Shown here piece after piece: positions 61,488 through 64,000 of a DNA stretch of 64,000 nt. The notes beneath the pieces were generated by a model. The model saw nothing but the letters and a program-made list of their open reading frames with translations, was not told where the DNA came from and did no database searches. Origin of the DNA: Pelagomonas calceolata. Taxonomy: Eukaryota. The translations under genes were made by a program, and so were the position numbers. Each line of letters opens with the position of its first letter. Positions within the stretch are counted from its first letter, which is position 1. Location of the stretch: NCBI GenBank assembly GCA_918797485.1, contig CAKKNE010000004.1, positions 868,001 to 932,000 of the forward strand, read 5' to 3'.

Positions 61488-61583
61488 GGTGCTAGGACTA
61501 GTGGGCGGAGCCCCTGCCCAGGGCTGGGGGGGAGACACCGCGCGTCGCCGATTCATCGGCGGCGGGCGCGAGCCGCTTCTTTC
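61488..61583. repeat. Dispersed intergenic repeat with hairpin and CTAG motifs
   Basis: About 42 bp identical to 31304-31345; ggtgctaggactagtgggcggagcccctg shared with ~47908; shorter copy at ~24797. Confidence 0.8.
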
Positions 61584-62008
61584 ATAACAGCTTACCTCCT
61601 TCTAAGCAGAACGCCTCGGCAAACAATGCCACGTTCGCCCGTGCTACTAGCCAGCCAGCCAGTGGTGCCAGAGCCGCCCACATTGACCAATTTGAGCGCC
61701 TTCGTGAAGGGTTTGATACCGTTCGAGCTAACAGGCTCGACCTACGGGTAACACTTTTGGTGTGAACCGCGAAAACGAGCGCAAACGCGGTCGTCCGTGA
61801 GCAGATATTGCCGGTCTTGCGCAGTGTGATATTTTATAGACCGCGTCTTCGCTAATGGATGACCGTCGACGTTAGCGCGGCACCCGTTTGGAGAACTCTA
61901 CGTGCCGACGGGTGGTCGCCAGCAAAGTGGCCGCCGCGTTTGGTACGCGTCGATGACTGGTCGCGCGGACAGCGGTTTTCTCAAACACAGGTAGAGAAGT
62001 GCTGCAAT

Positions 62009-62754
62009 ATGAAGTCCAGCGTGCTTGCGCTGGCTCTTGCCGCCACGGCCGCGCTCCCCGAGGTCGCGTTCCGTGCGATACAAATTTCACGGCGCTTCGC
62101 GCTGAATCATCATCGCGTCCTGAGTCCACACACCATCGTACGCAGGTCGAGCCGCGACTTCGCGGCACGAAGGACGACGAGCACCGCGTCGGCGGGCGCA
62201 AGCCTAGCTTCGGCCACCACGACGGCTTCCCGGGGCTTCAGATCCAGGACGGCGATGCGTACTCACTGAACTTTCAAGGTCCGGGAAAGGTCCTACATGA
62301 AAGAGGATTGCTGGGGAAGGATTGCTGGGGCGAACCCACCATGTGCCCGAATGGCTTTGTGTGCATCCAACGTTGTACCAGTGAATACTACCAATATTGG
62401 TGGTCACGCACAACCACAACGCGCTGGTATCATTGCGGGTGACCTGCGTCCTCGACCCATCAGACTCATTTGATGATATGTGTCCCCCACTCCGCAGGCT
62501 GCGCCAAAGATGACGGGATTTCGTGGATCCGGAGAAGAGACAAGAGTAACGAGAGAGTAATTTGGCGAGACCGTGAAATGGGTGCTTGCATTGACAAAAA
62601 CAATCCATATTATCCCTGCTCTTATTGTCAATGGCCGGGCAATTGCCCGGGAGCAGGAGTTCCAGCATACATGATGGAATGGGAGGACATTTGTAAAAAA
62701 AGGGAGGAGATAGCCGATAAGTGTTTTGCTGCGAGAGGTCAATTTAATGGATAG
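62009..62754 (+). CDS. Small secreted Cys-rich protein (3 exons; introns 62063-62145 GT-AG and 62435-62497 GC-AG)
   Basis: Signal peptide MKSSVLALALAATAA; splicing joins ORFs 61999-62442 and 62470-62754 in frame; about 11 Cys. Confidence 0.55.
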
Positions 62755-63126
62755 CGTGCCTCACTCGTCCATTCTGCGGTTAGTGCCCGCCCTGCCGCCG
62801 GCCCCGTTCGAGCGCTACCAACGGAACCCCCCCTCCGGGCGCTAGGATTCTGCTTCCGGCATGTCTGACTAAAACTCGTTTACTTAGTAGGCGCGGGCGG
62901 CCGTGCGTTGTGGCGGTGACTACTTTTGAGCGTCGGGCTTCGGACCGCTTCGTCTCTGAGATTACTGCGGCCGCAGGCGCGACCAGACTTATCGTCCTTC
63001 AGGAAAAGCAGAGCTAGCGTCTTCGACCCACTAGCTGGTTGGTCTTAGTCAAATGCGCCAGCGCGCCCGGCTTTACTCCGCATAGGTGCACGCAAACAGC
63101 CGTCATCGATGCGCAAACTCTCAACC

Positions 63127-64000
63127 ATGCTGCTCTTGGCGCGCTGCGGCCGCGCCCTCGTCACGCCCGCCGCCGCGGCGGCGCGGAGAGGCCGCGCGCT
63201 CTCGGCAGCGCCCACCTCCTTCCCGCTCAGCAGCAGCAAGACCGTCAAGGTCGAGTACGGCGGCGCGGCCTCGGACTACGCCGGCGATTTACTTTTGTTA
63301 CCGTTCTGGTCCGACAAGGATATTGATGTGGGCGCGGCGACCATCGCGCAGGGCTGGGACGCGGCCTTTGGGGGAGCGCTCACGGAGCTCGCGGAATCCC
63401 AAGAATTCAAGGGGAAGAAGGGCGAGTCCCACGTCTTGACCGTCCCTGGAAGGTTACAAGGTGTCCGGAAAGTAGCGTTAGTTGGACTGGGCCCCAAAGA
63501 TAAAGCTATGGAGGGCTACGCCGCCCTAGGCAAAGCCGTAGCAGAAATAGCGTCAAAAGAAAAGGCGTCGTCCGTCGGCGTCGCGGCGCCTTCGCGAAGC
63601 AGGGACGCCTGGACCTTCGGCGAGCACGTCGAGGCCGTCGCACTGGCGACGTTCGAGGGCTGTTATGTGGACGATAGATTTAGGACGGGCGACAACGTCA
63701 AGAATCCCCCGAAATTATCGTCGTTGGAGTTGGTCGACGAGCCCATGTCGGTCGATGACGTTTCTCCGGACGACGCCTACGCCGCGTCCCTCGAGGAAGG
63801 TCCCCAAGAAAGTGTCGTGTCTGAAGCTGCTGAGAGGGCTCGAGCCTACGCCCAGGGGTCGGCCTTCGCCAAGGACTTGGTCAATGCCCCGCCCAACGTG
63901 TTAACACCTAGAACGTTAGCCATAGCGGCTGTGGAATTGGCCAAAGAACATCAAACGCTGGACTGCACGATCAAGGGGCCCGTGGAGTGCGCTGCGCTGG
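63127..64000 (+). CDS. M17 leucyl aminopeptidase, 5' part, with organellar presequence
   Basis: Own translation: EFKGKKGES, VALVGLG, YVDDRFRT, AKDLVNAPPNVLTP; runs off the right edge of the window. Confidence 0.85.
   Translation, partial: MLLLARCGRALVTPAAAAARRGRALSAAPTSFPLSSSKTVKVEYGGAASDYAGDLLLLPFWSDKDIDVGAATIAQGWDAAFGGALTELAESQEFKGKKGESHVLTVPGRLQGVRKVALVGLGPKDKAMEGYAALGKAVAEIASKEKASSVGVAAPSRSRDAWTFGEHVEAVALATFEGCYVDDRFRTGDNVKNPPKLSSLELVDEPMSVDDVSPDDAYAASLEEGPQESVVSEAAERARAYAQGSAFAKDLVNAPPNVLTPRTLAIAAVELAKEHQTLDCTIKGPVECAAL

Noticed and set aside
62440..62442. Selenocysteine read-through at the in-frame TGA (HCG*)
   Set aside because: A frame-preserving GC-AG intron (62435-62497) with a typical ccgcag acceptor explains it more simply, and I could not identify a SECIS

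Overview
GC-rich, gene-dense eukaryotic DNA. The gene content, bipartite plastid presequences, short GT/GC-AG introns and introner-like insertions suggest a stramenopile alga, probably a pelagophyte such as Pelagomonas or Aureococcus (inference). About 23 protein genes can be supported; I found no rRNA, tRNA or CRISPR array. The highlight is a tandem pair of intronless NLR-like STAND genes (33305-38815 and 39417-47690). Each has an N-myristoylation-type start, a NACHT/NPHP3-type NTPase with a RelA/SpoT alarmone-synthetase-like domain inserted inside it, 13-14 near-identical WD40 blades and a variable ankyrin array. This is a candidate eukaryotic immune receptor with a built-in nucleotide-signalling or toxin effector. 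Other observations: (1) a 17-exon multidomain gene whose introns look like TIR/8-bp-TSD introner elements; (2) a recurrent GCTAG..GTAAGACACTAG upstream motif; (3) a dispersed hairpin-CTAG repeat resembling Helitron ends; (4) a tail-anchored EXO1-like nuclease next to an odd AP2-domain protein. All domain calls are by eye from motifs; no searches were run.
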